Origin: Nemertoderma westbladi
Lineage: Eukaryota > Animalia > Xenacoelomorpha
Direction: 5' to 3'
Assembly: GCA_032718475.1 (NCBI GenBank)
Contig: JAUCBJ010001720.1
Coordinates: 69,533-133,532 of the forward strand
DNA length: 64,000 bases
Below are positions 24,101-37,100 of this stretch, piece by piece; position 1 is the first letter of the stretch, and every line of letters starts with the position of its first letter. The position numbers were made by a program, and so were the translations under genes. The notes under the pieces were generated by a model, which saw nothing but the letters and a program-made list of their open reading frames with translations, ran no database searches and was not told where the DNA came from.

Positions 24101-27000
24101 ACTCAATGGTGGGAGGCCGACCCACATACAAAACTCAACTAATTAATTAACTCAATGGTGGGAGGCCGACCCACATACAAAACTCAACTAATTAATTAAC
24201 TCAATGGTGGGAGGCCGACCCACATACAAAACTCAAATAATTAATTAACTCAATGGTGGGAGGCCGACCCACATACAAAACTCAACTAATTAATTAACTC
24301 AATGGTGGGAGGCCGACCCACATACAAAACTCAACTAATTAATTAACTCAATGGCGGGAGGCCGACCCACATACAAAACTCAACTAAATAATTAACTCAA
24401 TGGTGGGAGGCCGACCCACATACAAAACTCAACTAATAAATTAACTCAATGGCGGGAGGCCGACCCACATGCACATACAAAACTCAACTAATTAATTAAC
24501 TCAATGGTGGGAGGCCGACCCACATACAAAACTCAACTAATTAATTAACTCAATGGTGGGAGGCCGACCCACATACAAAACTCAACTAATTAATTAACTC
24601 AATGGTGGGAGGCCGACCCACATACAAAACTCAACTAATTAATTAACTCAATGGTGGGAGGCCGACCCACATACAAAACTCAACTAATTAATTAACTCAA
24701 TGGTGGGAGGCCAACCCACATACAAAACTCAACTAATTAATTAACTCAATGGTGGGAGGCCGACCCACATACAAAACTCAACTAATTAATTAACTCAATG
24801 GTGGGAGGCCGACCCACATACAAAACTCAACTAATTAATTAACTCAATGGTGGGAGGCCGACCCACATACAAAACTCAACTAATTAATTAACTCAATGGT
24901 GGGAGGCCGACCCACATACAAAACTCAACTAATTAATTAACTCAATGGTGGGAGGCCGACGCACATACAAAACTCAACTAATTAATTAACTCAATGGTGG
25001 GAGGCCGACCCACATACAAAACTCAACTAATTAATTAACTCAATGGTGGGAGGCCGACCCACATACAAAACTCAACTAATTAATTAACTCACTGGTGGGA
25101 GGCCGACCCACATACAAAACTCAACTAATTAATTAACTCAATGGTGGGAGGCCGACCCACATACAAAACTCAACTAATTAATTAACTCAATGGTGGGAGG
25201 CCGACCCACATACAAAACTCAACTAATTAATTAACTCAATGGTGGGAGGCCGACCCACATACAAAACTCAACTAATTAATTAACTCAATGGTGGGAGGCC
25301 GACCCACATACAAAACTCAACTAATTAATTAACTCAATGGTGGGAGGCCGACCCACATACAAAACTCAACTAATTAATTAACTCAATGGTGGGAGGCCAA
25401 CCCACATACAAAACTCAACTAATTAATTAACTCAATGGCGGGAGGCCGACCCACATACAAAACTCAACTAATTAATTAACTCAATGGTGGGAGGCCGACC
25501 CACATACAAAACTCAACTAATTAATTAACTCAATGGTGGGAGGCCGACCCACATACAAAACTCAACTAATTAATTAACTCAATGGTGGGAGGCCAACCCA
25601 CATACAAAACTCAACTAATTAATTAACTCAATGGCGGGAGGCCGACCCACATACAAAACTCAACTAATTAATGAACTCAATGGTGGGAGGCCGACCCACA
25701 TACAAAACTCAAATAATTAATGAACTCAATGGTGGGAGGCCGACCCACATACAAAACTCAACTAATTAATTAACTCAATGGTGGGAGGCCGACCCACATA
25801 CAAAACTCAACTAATTAATTAACTCAATGGTGGGAGGCCGACCCACATACAAAACTCAACTAATTAATTAACTCAATGGTGGGAGGCCGACCCACATACA
25901 AAACTCAACTAATTAATTAACTCAATGGTGGGAGGCCGACCCACATACAAAACTCAACTAATTAATTAACTCAATGGTGGGAGGCCGACCCACATACAAA
26001 ACTCAACTAATTAATTAACTCAATGGTGGGAGGCCAACCCACATACAAAACTCAACTAATTAATTAACTCAATGGCGGGAGGCCGACCCACATACAAAAC
26101 TCAACTAATTAATTAACTCAATGGTGGGAGGCCGACCCACATACAAAACTCAACTAATTAATTAACTCAATGGTGGGAGGCCGACCCACATACAAAACTC
26201 AACTAATTAATTAACTCAATGGTGGGAGGCCGACCCACATACAAAACTCAACTAATTAATTAACTCAATGGTGGGAGGCCGACCCACATACAAAACTCAA
26301 CTAATTAATTAACTCAATGGTGGGAGGCCAACCCACATACAAAACTCAACTAATTAATTAACTCAATGGCGGGAGGCCGACCCACATACAAAACTCAACT
26401 AATTAATTAACTCAATGGTGGGAGGCCGACCCACATACAAAACTCAACTAATTAATTAACTCAATGGTGGGAGGCCGACCCACATACAAAACTCAACTAA
26501 TTAATTAACTCAATGGTGGGAGGCCGACCCACATACAAAACTCAACTAATTAATTAACTCAATGGTGGGAGGCCGACCCACATACAAAACTCAACTAATT
26601 AATTAACTCAATGGTGGGAGGCCGACCCACATACAAAACTCAACTAATTAATTAACTCAATGGTGGGAGGCCGACCCACATACAAAACTCAACTAATTAA
26701 TTAACTCAATGGTGGGAGGCCGACCCACATACAAAACTCAACTAATTAATTAACTCAATGGTGGGAGGCCGACCCACATACAAAACTCAACTAATTAATT
26801 AACTCAATGGCGGGAGGCCGACCCACATACAAAACTCAACTAATTAATTAACTCAATGGTGGGAGGCCGACCCACATACAAAACTCAACTAATTAATTAA
26901 CTCAATGGCGGGAGGCCAACCCACATACAAAACTCAACTAATTAATTAACTCAATGGTGGGAGGCCGACCCACATACAAAACTCAACAACTAATTAATTA
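18184..27000. repeat. 49-bp intronic satellite (AACTCAATGGTGGGAGGCCGACCCACATACAAAACTCAACTAATTAATT), about 8.8 kb, about 180 copies
   Basis: Near-identical head-to-tail units with no unique spacers. Confidence 0.98.
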
Positions 27001-27686
27001 TTCCCTAAAAGACCCCAACTATTCTGATGACTTACTACTGCAAGAGGCATTGGTAAATAGCGGATATCCATAATATGGAGTTTAGGTGCTAATTTATAGC
27101 TAAAGCGTGTTGGTGCTGAATTAATTGCAATACAACTGGAATTAATTGCAGATTGATTGGCATTGCATGCTGCAGCTGCATAAAAACACTACAATGCGAC
27201 AGGTGCCTAGAAAAAATTTGACAGGCCCGTGGGAAACAAAAACCTGCAAAACACCCGTTTCATATCAGTTCCGCTACACCAATAAAATATTAATTTTGCA
27301 TACCAATATTGTAGACAATGGTAAAAATAAAGCTGATTTAAAAAACCGGGTGGAATTGTGCTCGTTTCCTTGGTAACTGATTGTATTTTCGTTAAATTAT
27401 TGCATCAGAGATATGAAATAGGTATACCACGGCACGGCGTTAGTTCAAACAATACGCAATGACAAAACAAAGGCGCATCTGCCCCCGCCAAAATATTGTT
27501 AAAAAGATAGAAGAATAACTGAGTGACGATTTCTTAAACAAAATTTACAGAAAAAGTAACAAATAGATTGGAGCAATTTAAAAGTGCTGCCAATCATTTA
27601 ATATCAATTATTTCAGTTATTCTCGTGATAAAATAATGCATTGTAAAGAATTACAAAATAATAGCATTCTTGAAACAAAATATTAG

Positions 27687-27759
27687 GCAACTCAGATCTT
27701 GGTGATTAAAGAAAACATCATGAAAATCAGAAATAAGTGCAGATAATCATCACTGTTGC
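27687..27759 (-). ncRNA. Intronic box C/D snoRNA candidate (copy A), U24-like guide
   Basis: Minus strand reads GCAAC-A-GTGATGA (C box)...CTGA (D')...ATGATGT (C')...ATCACCAAGAT-CTGA (D)-GTTGC. 5-bp terminal stem; same strand as the host gene. Confidence 0.75.
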
Positions 27760-28099
27760 AAATTAAAGACACAACCGCGCTTCAATAGAAAACTAATGAT
27801 AAATAATTATACATTAGTTTTCGTATTTCTGTCACAAAGTGTCACGTTAGCTAGCCTGCTATAATAATAGGCCAAGGATAGGTCTACTAATGTACGTCTA
27901 GCGTTGTCTGTAATCTACAATGACGTTGTAGAATCAGTACAGACGAGAGGCTGACAGGCTGGGCGCCAAACTGAAAGTTTTAGATTGGGTAATCTACTTG
28001 ACATGTTTGACTAGACAATCGAACTCCCTTATGTCACAAACTGTCACGTTAAGTTGCCCCCTCCCCACTACCTTGCGTCACGTCATTTAAGACGGTCGA

Positions 28100-28763
28100 T
28101 GGCTATGTGCTGTATAACCAGTGGTTATTAACCACTAGCTATGTTGTATAACCACTCCCAGTTAATACTAACAGCTGGCTATGTGTTGTATAACCACTCC
28201 CAGTTAATACTAACAGCTGGCTATGTGTTGTATAACCACTCCCAGTTAATACTAACAGCTGGCTATGTGTTGTATAACCACTCCCAGTTAATACTAACAG
28301 CTGGCTATGTGTTGTATAACCACTCCCAGTTAATACTAACAGCTGGCTATGTGTTGTATAACCACTCCCAGTTAATACTAACAGCTGGCTATGTGCTGTA
28401 TAACCACTCCCAGTTAATACTAACAGCTGGCTATGTGCTGTATAACCACTCACAGTTAATACTAACGGCTGGCTATGTGTTGTATAACCACTCCCAGTTA
28501 ATACTAACAGCTGGCTATGTGTTGTATAACCACTCCCAGTTAATACTAACAGCTGGCTATGTGCTGTATAACCACTCCCAGTTAATACTAACAGCTGGCT
28601 ATGTGCTGTATAACCACTCCCAGTTAATACTAACAGCTGGCTATGTGCTGTATAACCACTCACAGTTAATACTAACGGCTGGCTATGTGCTGTATAACCA
28701 CTCCCAGTTAATACTAACAGCTGGCTATGTGCTGTATAACCACTCCCAGTTAATACTAACAGC
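28100..28763. repeat. 42-bp minisatellite (GGCTATGTGTTGTATAACCACTCCCAGTTAATACTAACAGCT), about 15 copies
   Basis: Direct 42-bp period. Confidence 0.96.
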
Positions 28764-28849
28764 GTTAGGTAATGTTATATAATTCTGGAATAAAATACAT
28801 AAACAAAAAACATATTTTACAAATAATACAAAAATAGCGTTTTACTAAC

Positions 28850-28972
28850 GGAATATTTCCCTGTGTTGGATTTCCCCTCGACTGTCATTACCAAAATGGC
28901 GCTGTGAGTTAATTGATGAAAGAGACGATGAGATTCGTTGGAAGAGCAACCGTGGAGGCAGCAAGGGAAGGC
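28850..28972 (-). CDS. Multi-Tudor gene exon
   Basis: CCCCAG|GCC acceptor, TCC|GTTAGT donor, 123 nt; AFPCCLHG... is the post-Tudor strand of an extended Tudor domain. Confidence 0.85.
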
Positions 28973-29479
28973 CTGGGGAAAGAAAGGGATATAGGGAATT
29001 ATTGGGAAAAATCTAGTTGCACTATAGATTGCTATATTTAGATATTATCTGAAGGCTAATAAGAAAATGTCTCAATGAATACAAAACATCATCGCCAAAC
29101 TACAAGGAGACTGTGGAGAAAATATTAGATTTTTTTTCTTCACCCCAAAATGAGTTAAAAAACAGTGCAGGTTTAGTTAATTAAGAAACAGAGTGGGTTC
29201 ATAAACATCCATTATCACACCTACAGTATCTTTTGGCAGTTACATGTAGCCAAGAATGTACAAAGCATAATTTGTTTATTACTCGAAATTACTGACTTTC
29301 CGGGTAGGTGTAATTCGACCGATTTCCATTTTCCCTTCCTTAGTTTATAGTTTATTTAAAGTGCCAGAAGTCGTCTACTAATAACAACACGGACTTACAA
29401 CCATTAAAAAGACTTATGATATTCAATAACTTGCCTGGGGCAATCCAAATTTGATTTCTAAAATGTTGGTCTTAGCAGC

Positions 29480-29900
29480 ATTACGAATAAACCAACATTG
29501 GAAGTGCCTGCTCGAATTGCCGAGCAGTCTTAAAGCCCCATCCAATGTTTATGATATTAAACCAAGATCATTAGACAAGCCGATCTCTGTCTTTCTAGTG
29601 TAATTTGTAGTTTTCCACGATATTTACTACAACCAGGGGGTTGTATTTCCACCATATTCGCAGCAAAAAGTCAACCATAATAAAGAATAGGAAAGGAGGG
29701 TGGAGGGGGGGGGGGGGGGGGGGATTTCAGCTAGAAGGAACCCCATCAAGGGTCGGTAGATACAAATGTTGTGGAACCATCATGCAGTGATTTGATTGGT
29801 TGATCGGGGATCCCATAGGTATCAAGGCGATTAATCATACACAGGCGGGAGTTAAAGGCTTCGAACATTTCTGTAAGATGATTGCTGGATGCCTGTCTTG
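29480..29900 (-). mobile_element. Highly degenerate LINE reverse-transcriptase fragment
   Basis: AFNS...L.TYGIPDQ.IKSLHDGSTTFV resembles the AFDS...YGIP...I..LH region of RTE-like RTs. Confidence 0.4.
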
Positions 29901-30061
29901 CAGGCAACTCCCAATTTGAGCATAATAGCCAACCTAACACACCTGCGATTAGTGTAGCAGACTGAGGTAGGCAATGTAAAATATTCTGGAACAGTACCTC
30001 ATCAATAAATGGTCGCAGCAGATTAGCTACAATGAAGGAAGGGTAAGCAATGTTAACCAAC

Positions 30062-30241
30062 CTGTATAACTGGATTAGCGAACTCAGGTCGTAGATACTG
30101 AATATCGTCTATCGGAACGGGTTCGGAGTTTCCGAAATCGATGTATTTACAGAGGGGCGGCTGGGGTGGACTGTAGGATTCCACAATGATTCGGTACCAA
30201 CAACCGTCATCAGAGTATAGACCAGCATATATATTGCCAAT
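30062..30241 (-). CDS. Multi-Tudor gene exon (Tudor core)
   Basis: TTTCAG|ATT acceptor, CAG|GTTGGT donor, 180 nt; IYAGLYSDDGCWYRIIV...YIDFGNSE. Confidence 0.9.
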
Positions 30242-30313
30242 CTGAAAGTAATCGGTATTATTAATAGTAATATATAATAAAAGTAATCACATACGATAAT
30301 GAAAGAAGATATA

Positions 30314-30391
30314 CAGCAACTCAGATCTTGGTGATTAAATAGAACATCATAAACTCAGAAAATAGTGCAGATAAAATCATCACTGTTGCTG
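30314..30391 (-). ncRNA. Intronic box C/D snoRNA candidate (copy B), U24-like guide
   Basis: CAGCAAC/GTTGCTG 7-bp terminal stem, C box GTGATGA, D' CTGA, C' ATGATGT, D CTGA. Lies about 72 nt upstream of the 3' splice site at 30242, the canonical position for intronic C/D snoRNAs. Confidence 0.82.
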
Positions 30392-30608
30392 AATTATAAT
30401 AAATATCAATAAAAAGTTCAATAAATTAAAACCAATGGTGAGACATATCGTATCATTCATACCTATAACAATCAATAAGTTGTAATAATAAGCAGTAATA
30501 AGTTGTCCATAATCGCAAATACTCACCCAACATGGCAATAGCAAGGGCATGAATAAGTGTGTTACTCAACTAAAATTTTGTTGATCAAGTTTTAATATTT
30601 CAACTTAC

Positions 30609-30788
30609 CTCAATAATTGGATGTGTTCTAGAATTGTATTGGTTGTAATACTGCATCATACTCTCCATCATCTGGTCTAATGTAACAGATGTTGCCATTA
30701 GTTGCACGTAGAAGTCTAGAGGTCCGACCGAATGGCTAACGGCGACGTCTTCTTGGGACCCAATATCAAAATTATACGTGGGCAGATT
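30609..30788 (-). CDS. Multi-Tudor gene exon
   Basis: TTAAG|AAT acceptor, GAG|GTAAGT donor, 180 nt; DVAVSHSVGPLDFYVQL is the N-terminal strand pattern of an extended Tudor domain. Confidence 0.88.
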
Positions 30789-31106
30789 CTTAAAGATAAA
30801 ATAATAAAATGAAATAATAATATTGCACAGTAATAAAGTGAAATCGAGACGTCAGTTATTGTAATAAGTTAATTTCAGTCAAAATATATCACCACTGTTT
30901 TGATTCAAACTTAGGGACCATTGAATAAGAATTTACAGTTTAAACACAGAATACTTAATGAGTTTAAACACAGAATACTTAATATGAAGTATTCCATTGT
31001 CCAAACCAAACGTACAACTTCTAAATGCGATGCAGTTGTAATTACTATGTTAATTAAGTTAATGGCGTAAACCACCGCGCTAATTGTCAGACTAACTGTC
31101 AGGCTA

Positions 31107-34100
31107 ACTGTCATTGTCAGAGTACATACTGTCATTGATTGTCAGAGTACATACTGTCATTGATTGTCAGAGTACATACTGTCATTGTCAGAGTACATAC
31201 TGTTATTGACAGAGTACATACTGTCATTGTCAGAGAACATACTGTCATTGTCAGAGTACATACTGTCATTGTCAGAGTACATACTGTCATTGACAGAGTA
31301 CATACTGTCAATGTCAGAGTACATACTGTCATTGTCAGAGTACATACTGTCATTGTCAGAATACATGCTGTCATTGTCAGAGTACATACTGTCATTGTCA
31401 GAGTACATACTGTCAATGTCAGAGTACATACTGTCATTGTCAGAGTACATACTGTCATTGTCAGAGTACATACTGTTATTGACAGAGTACATACTGTCAT
31501 TGTCAGAGTACATACTGTTATTGACAGAGTACATACTGTCATTGTCAGAGAACATACTGTCATTGTCAGAGTACATACTGTCATTGTCAGAGTACATACT
31601 GTCATTGACAGAGTACATACTGTCATTGTCAGAGTACATACTGTTATTGTCAGAGTACATACTGTCATTGTCAGAGTACATACTGTTATTGACAGAGTAC
31701 ATACTGTCATTGTCAGAGTACATACTGTTATTGACAGAGTACATACTGTCATTGTCAGAGTACATACTGTCATTGTCAGAGTACATACTGTTATTGTCAG
31801 AGTACATACTGTCATTGTCAGAGTACATACTGTCATTGACAGAGTACATACTGTCATTGTCAGAGTACATACTGTTATTGTCAGAGTACATACTGTCATT
31901 GTCAGAGTACATACTGTTATTGACAGAGTACATACTGTCATTGTCAGAGTACATACTGTTATTGACAGAGTACATACTGTCATTGTCAGAGTACATACTG
32001 TCATTGTCAGAGTACATACTGTTATTGACAGAGTACATACTGTCATTGTCAGAGTACATACTGTTATTGACAGAGTACATACTGTCATTGTCAGAGAACA
32101 TACTGTCATTGTCAGAGTACATACTGTCATTGTCAGAGTACATACTGTCATTGACAGAGTACATACTGTCAATGTCAGAGTACATACTGTCATTGTCAGA
32201 GTACATACTGTCATTGTCAGAATACATGCTGTCATTGTCAGAGTACATACTATCATTGTCAGAATACATACTGTCATTGATTGTCAGAGTACATACTGTT
32301 ATTGTCAGAGAACATACTGTCATTGTCAGAGTACATACTGTCATTGATTGTCAGAGTACATACTGTTATTGTCAGAGAACATACTGTCATTGTCAGAGTA
32401 CATACTGTCATTGTCAGAGTACATACTGTTATTGACAGAGTACATACTGTCATTGTCAGAGTACATACTGTCATTGATTGTCAGAGTACATACTGTTATT
32501 GTCAGAGAACATACTGTCATTGTCAGAGTACATACTGTCATTGTCAGAGTACATACTGTCATTGTCAGAGTACATACTGTTATTGACAGAGTACATACTG
32601 TCATTGTCAGAGTACATACTGTCATTGTCAGAATACATACTGTCATTGTCAGAGTACATACGGTCATTGTCAGAGTACATACTGTCATTGACAGAGTACA
32701 TACTGTCATTGACAGAGTACATACTGTCATTGATTGCCAGAGTACATACTGTCATTGTCAGAGTACATACTGTCATTGTCAGAGTACATACTGTTATTGA
32801 CAGAGTACATACTGTCATTGTCAGAGTACATACTGTCATTGATTGTCAGAGTACATACTGTTATTGTCAGAGAACATACTGTCATTGATTGTCAGAGTAC
32901 ATACTGTTATTGTCAGAGAACATACTGTCATTGTCAGAGTACATACTGTCATTGATTGTCAGAGTACATACTGTTATTGTCAGAGAACATACTGTCATTG
33001 TCAGAGTACATACTGTCATTGTCAGAGTACATACTGTTATTGACAGAGTACATACTGTCATTGTCAGAGTACATACTGTCATTGATTGTCAGAGTACATA
33101 CTGTTATTGTCAGAGAACATACTGTCATTGTCAGAGTACATACTGTCATTGTCAGAGTACATACTGTCATTGTCAGAGTACATACTGTTATTGACAGAGT
33201 ACATACTGTCATTGTCAGAGTACATACTGTCATTGTCAGAATACATACTGTCATTGTCAGAGTACATACGGTCATTGTCAGAGTACATACTGTCATTGAC
33301 AGAGTACATACTGTCATTGACAGAGTACATACTGTCATTGATTGCCAGAGTACATACTGTCATTGTCAGAGTACATACTGTCATTGTCAGAGTACATACT
33401 GTTATTGACAGAGTACATACTGTCATTGTCAGAGTACATACTGTTATTGACAGAGTACATACTGTCATTGTCAGAATACATACTGTCATTGTCAGAGAAC
33501 ATACTGTCATTGTCAGAGTACATACTGTCATTGTCAGAGTACATACTGTTATTGACAGAGTACATACTGTCATTGTCAGAGTACATACTGTCATTGATTG
33601 TCAGAGTACATACTGTTATTGTCAGAGAACATACTGTCATTGTCAGAGTACATACTGTCATTGATTGTCAGAGTACATACGGTCATTGTCAGAGTACATA
33701 CTGTCATTGTCAGAGTACATACTGTCATTGTCAGAGTACATACTGTTATTGACAGAGTACATACTGTCATTGTCAGAGTACATACTGTCATTGTCAGAAT
33801 ACATACTGTCATTGTCAGAGTACATACGGTCATTGTCAGAGTACATACTGTCATTGACAGAGTACATACTGTCATTGACAGAGTACATACTGTCATTGAT
33901 TGCCAGAGTACATACTGTCATTGTCAGAGTACATACTGTCATTGATTGCCAGAGTACATACTGTCATTGTCAGAGTACATACTGTCAATGTCAGAGTACA
34001 TACTGTCATTGTCAGAGTACATACTGTCATTGTCAGAATACATACTGTCATTGTCAGAGTACATACTGTCATTGTCAGAGTACATACTGTCATTGTCAGA

Positions 34101-37100
34101 ATACATACTGTCATTGTCAGAGTACATACTGTCATTGTCAGAGTACATTCTGTGATTGTCAGAGTACATACTGTCATTGATTGTCAGAGTACATACTGTC
34201 ATTGATTGTCAGAGTACATACTGTCATTGTCAGAGTACATACTGTCATTGTCAGAGTACATTCTGTCATTGTCAGAATACATACTGTCATTGTCAGAGTA
34301 CATACTGTCATTGTCAGAGTACATACTGTCATTGTCAGAATACATACTGTCATTGTCAGAGTACATACTGTCATTGTCAGAGTACATTCTGTGATTGTCA
34401 GAGTACATACTGTCATTGATTGTCAGAGTACATACTGTCATTGATTGACAGAGTACATACTGTCAATGTCAGAGTACATACTGTCATTGTCAGAGTACAT
34501 ACTGTCATTGTCAGAGTACATACTGTCATTGTCAGAGTACATTCTGTCATTGTCAGAGTACATACTGTCATTGTCAGAGTACATACTGTCATTGACAGAG
34601 TACATACTGTCAATGTCAGAGTACATACTGTCATTGTCAGAGTACATACTGTCATTGTCAGAATACATACTGTCATTGTCAGAGTACATACTGTCATTGT
34701 CAGAGTACATACTGTCATTGTCAGAATACATACTGTCATTGTCAGAGTACATACTGTCATTGATTGTCAGAGTACATACTGTCATTGACAGAGTACATAC
34801 TGTCATTGTCAGAATACATGCTGTCATTGTCAGAGTACATACTGTCATTGATTGTCAGAGTACATACTGTCATTGACAGAGTACATACTGTCATTGTCAG
34901 AGTACATTCTGTCATTGTCAGAATACATACTGTCATTGTCAGAGTACATACTGTCATTGTCAGAGTACATACTGTCATTGTCAGAATACATACTGTCATT
35001 GTCAGAGTACATACTGTCATTGTCAGAGTACATTCTGTGATTGTCAGAATACATACTGTCATTGTCAGAGTACATACTGTCATTGTCAGAGTACATACTG
35101 TCATTGTCAGAGTACATACTGTCATTGTCAGAATACATACTGTCATTGTCAGAGTACATACTGTCATTGTCAGAGTACATACTGTCATTGTCAGAATACA
35201 TACTGTCATTGTCAGAGTACATACTGTCATTGTCAGAGTACATTCTGTGATTGTCAGAATACATACTGTCATTGTCAGAGTACATACTGTCATTGTCAGA
35301 GTACATACTGTCATTGTCAGAGTACATACTGTCATTGTCAGAATACATACTGTCAATGTCAGAGTACATACTGTCATTGTCAGAGTACATACTGTCATTG
35401 TCAGAATACATACTGTCATTGTCAGAGTACATACTGTCATTGTCAGAGTACATACTGTCATTGTCAGAATACATACTGTCATTGTCAGAGTACATACTGT
35501 CATTGATTGTCAGAGTACATACTGTCATTGACAGAGTACATACTGTCATTGTCAGAATACATACTGTCATTGATTGTCAGAGTACATACTGTCATTGACA
35601 GAGTACATACTGTCATTGTCAGAGTACATTCTGTCATTGTCAGAATACATACTGTCATTGTCAGAGTACATACTGTCATTGTCAGAGTACATACTGTCAT
35701 TGTCAGAATACATACTGTCATTGTCAGAGTACATACTGTCATTGTCAGAGTACATTCTGTGATTGTCAGAGTACATACTGTCATTGATTGTCAGAGTACA
35801 TACTGTCATTGATTGACAGAGTACATACTGTCAATGTCAGAGTACATACTGTCATTGTCAGAGTACATACTGTCATTGTCAGAGTACATACTGTCATTGT
35901 CAGAGTACATTCTGTCATTGTCAGAGTACATACTGTCATTGTCAGAGTACATACTGTCATTGACAGAGTACATACTGTCAATGTCAGAGTACATACTGTC
36001 ATTGTCAGAGTACATACTGTCATTGTCAGAATACATACTGTCATTGTCAGAGTACATACTGTCATTGTCAGAGTACATACTGTCATTGTCAGAATACATA
36101 CTGTCATTGTCAGAGTACATACTGTCATTGATTGTCAGAGTACATACTGTCATTGACAGAGTACATACTGTCATTGTCAGAGTACATTCTGTCATTGTCA
36201 GAATACATACTGTCATTGTCAGAGTACATACTGTCATTGTCAGAGTACATACTGTCATTGTCAGAATACATACTGTCATTGTCAGAGTACATACTGTCAT
36301 TGTCAGAGTACATTCTGTGATTGTCAGAGTACATACTGTCATTGATTGTCAGAGTACATACTGTCATTGATTGACAGAGTACATACTGTCAATGTCAGAG
36401 TACATACTGTCATTGTCAGAGTACATACTGTCATTGTCAGAGTACATACTGTCATTGTCAGAGTACATTCTGTCATTGTCAGAGTACATACTGTCATTGT
36501 CAGAGTACATACTGTCATTGACAGAGTACATACTGTCAATGTCAGAGTACATACTGTCATTGTCAGAGTACATACTGTCATTGTCAGAATACATACTGTC
36601 ATTGTCAGAGTACATACTGTCATTGTCAGAGTACATACTGTCATTGTCAGAATACATACTGTCATTGTCAGAGTACATACTGTCATTGATTGTCAGAGTA
36701 CATACTGTCATTGACAGAGTACATACTGTCATTGTCAGAATACATGCTGTCATTGTCAGAGTACATACTGTCATTGATTGTCAGAGTACATACTGTCATT
36801 GACAGAGTACATACTGTCATTGTCAGAATACATACTGTCATTGTCAGAGTACATACTGTCATTGTCAGAGTACATACTGTCATTGATTGTCAGAGTACAT
36901 ACTGTCATTGTCAGAGTACATACTGTCATTGTCAGAATACATACTGTCATTGTCAGAGTACATACTGTCATTGTCAGAGTACATACTGTCATTGTCAGAA
37001 TACATACTGTCATTGTCAGAGTACATACTGTCATTGATTGTCAGAGTACATACTGTCATTGACAGAGTACATACTGTCATTGTCAGAATACATGCTGTCA

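Noticed and set aside
18184-27000. CRISPR-like array (repeat with a hairpin)
   Set aside because: Units are head-to-tail with no unique spacers, there are no cas genes, and the context is a eukaryotic intron.
28139-28782. ORFs of 174 and 213 aa
   Set aside because: Translation of the 42-bp minisatellite.
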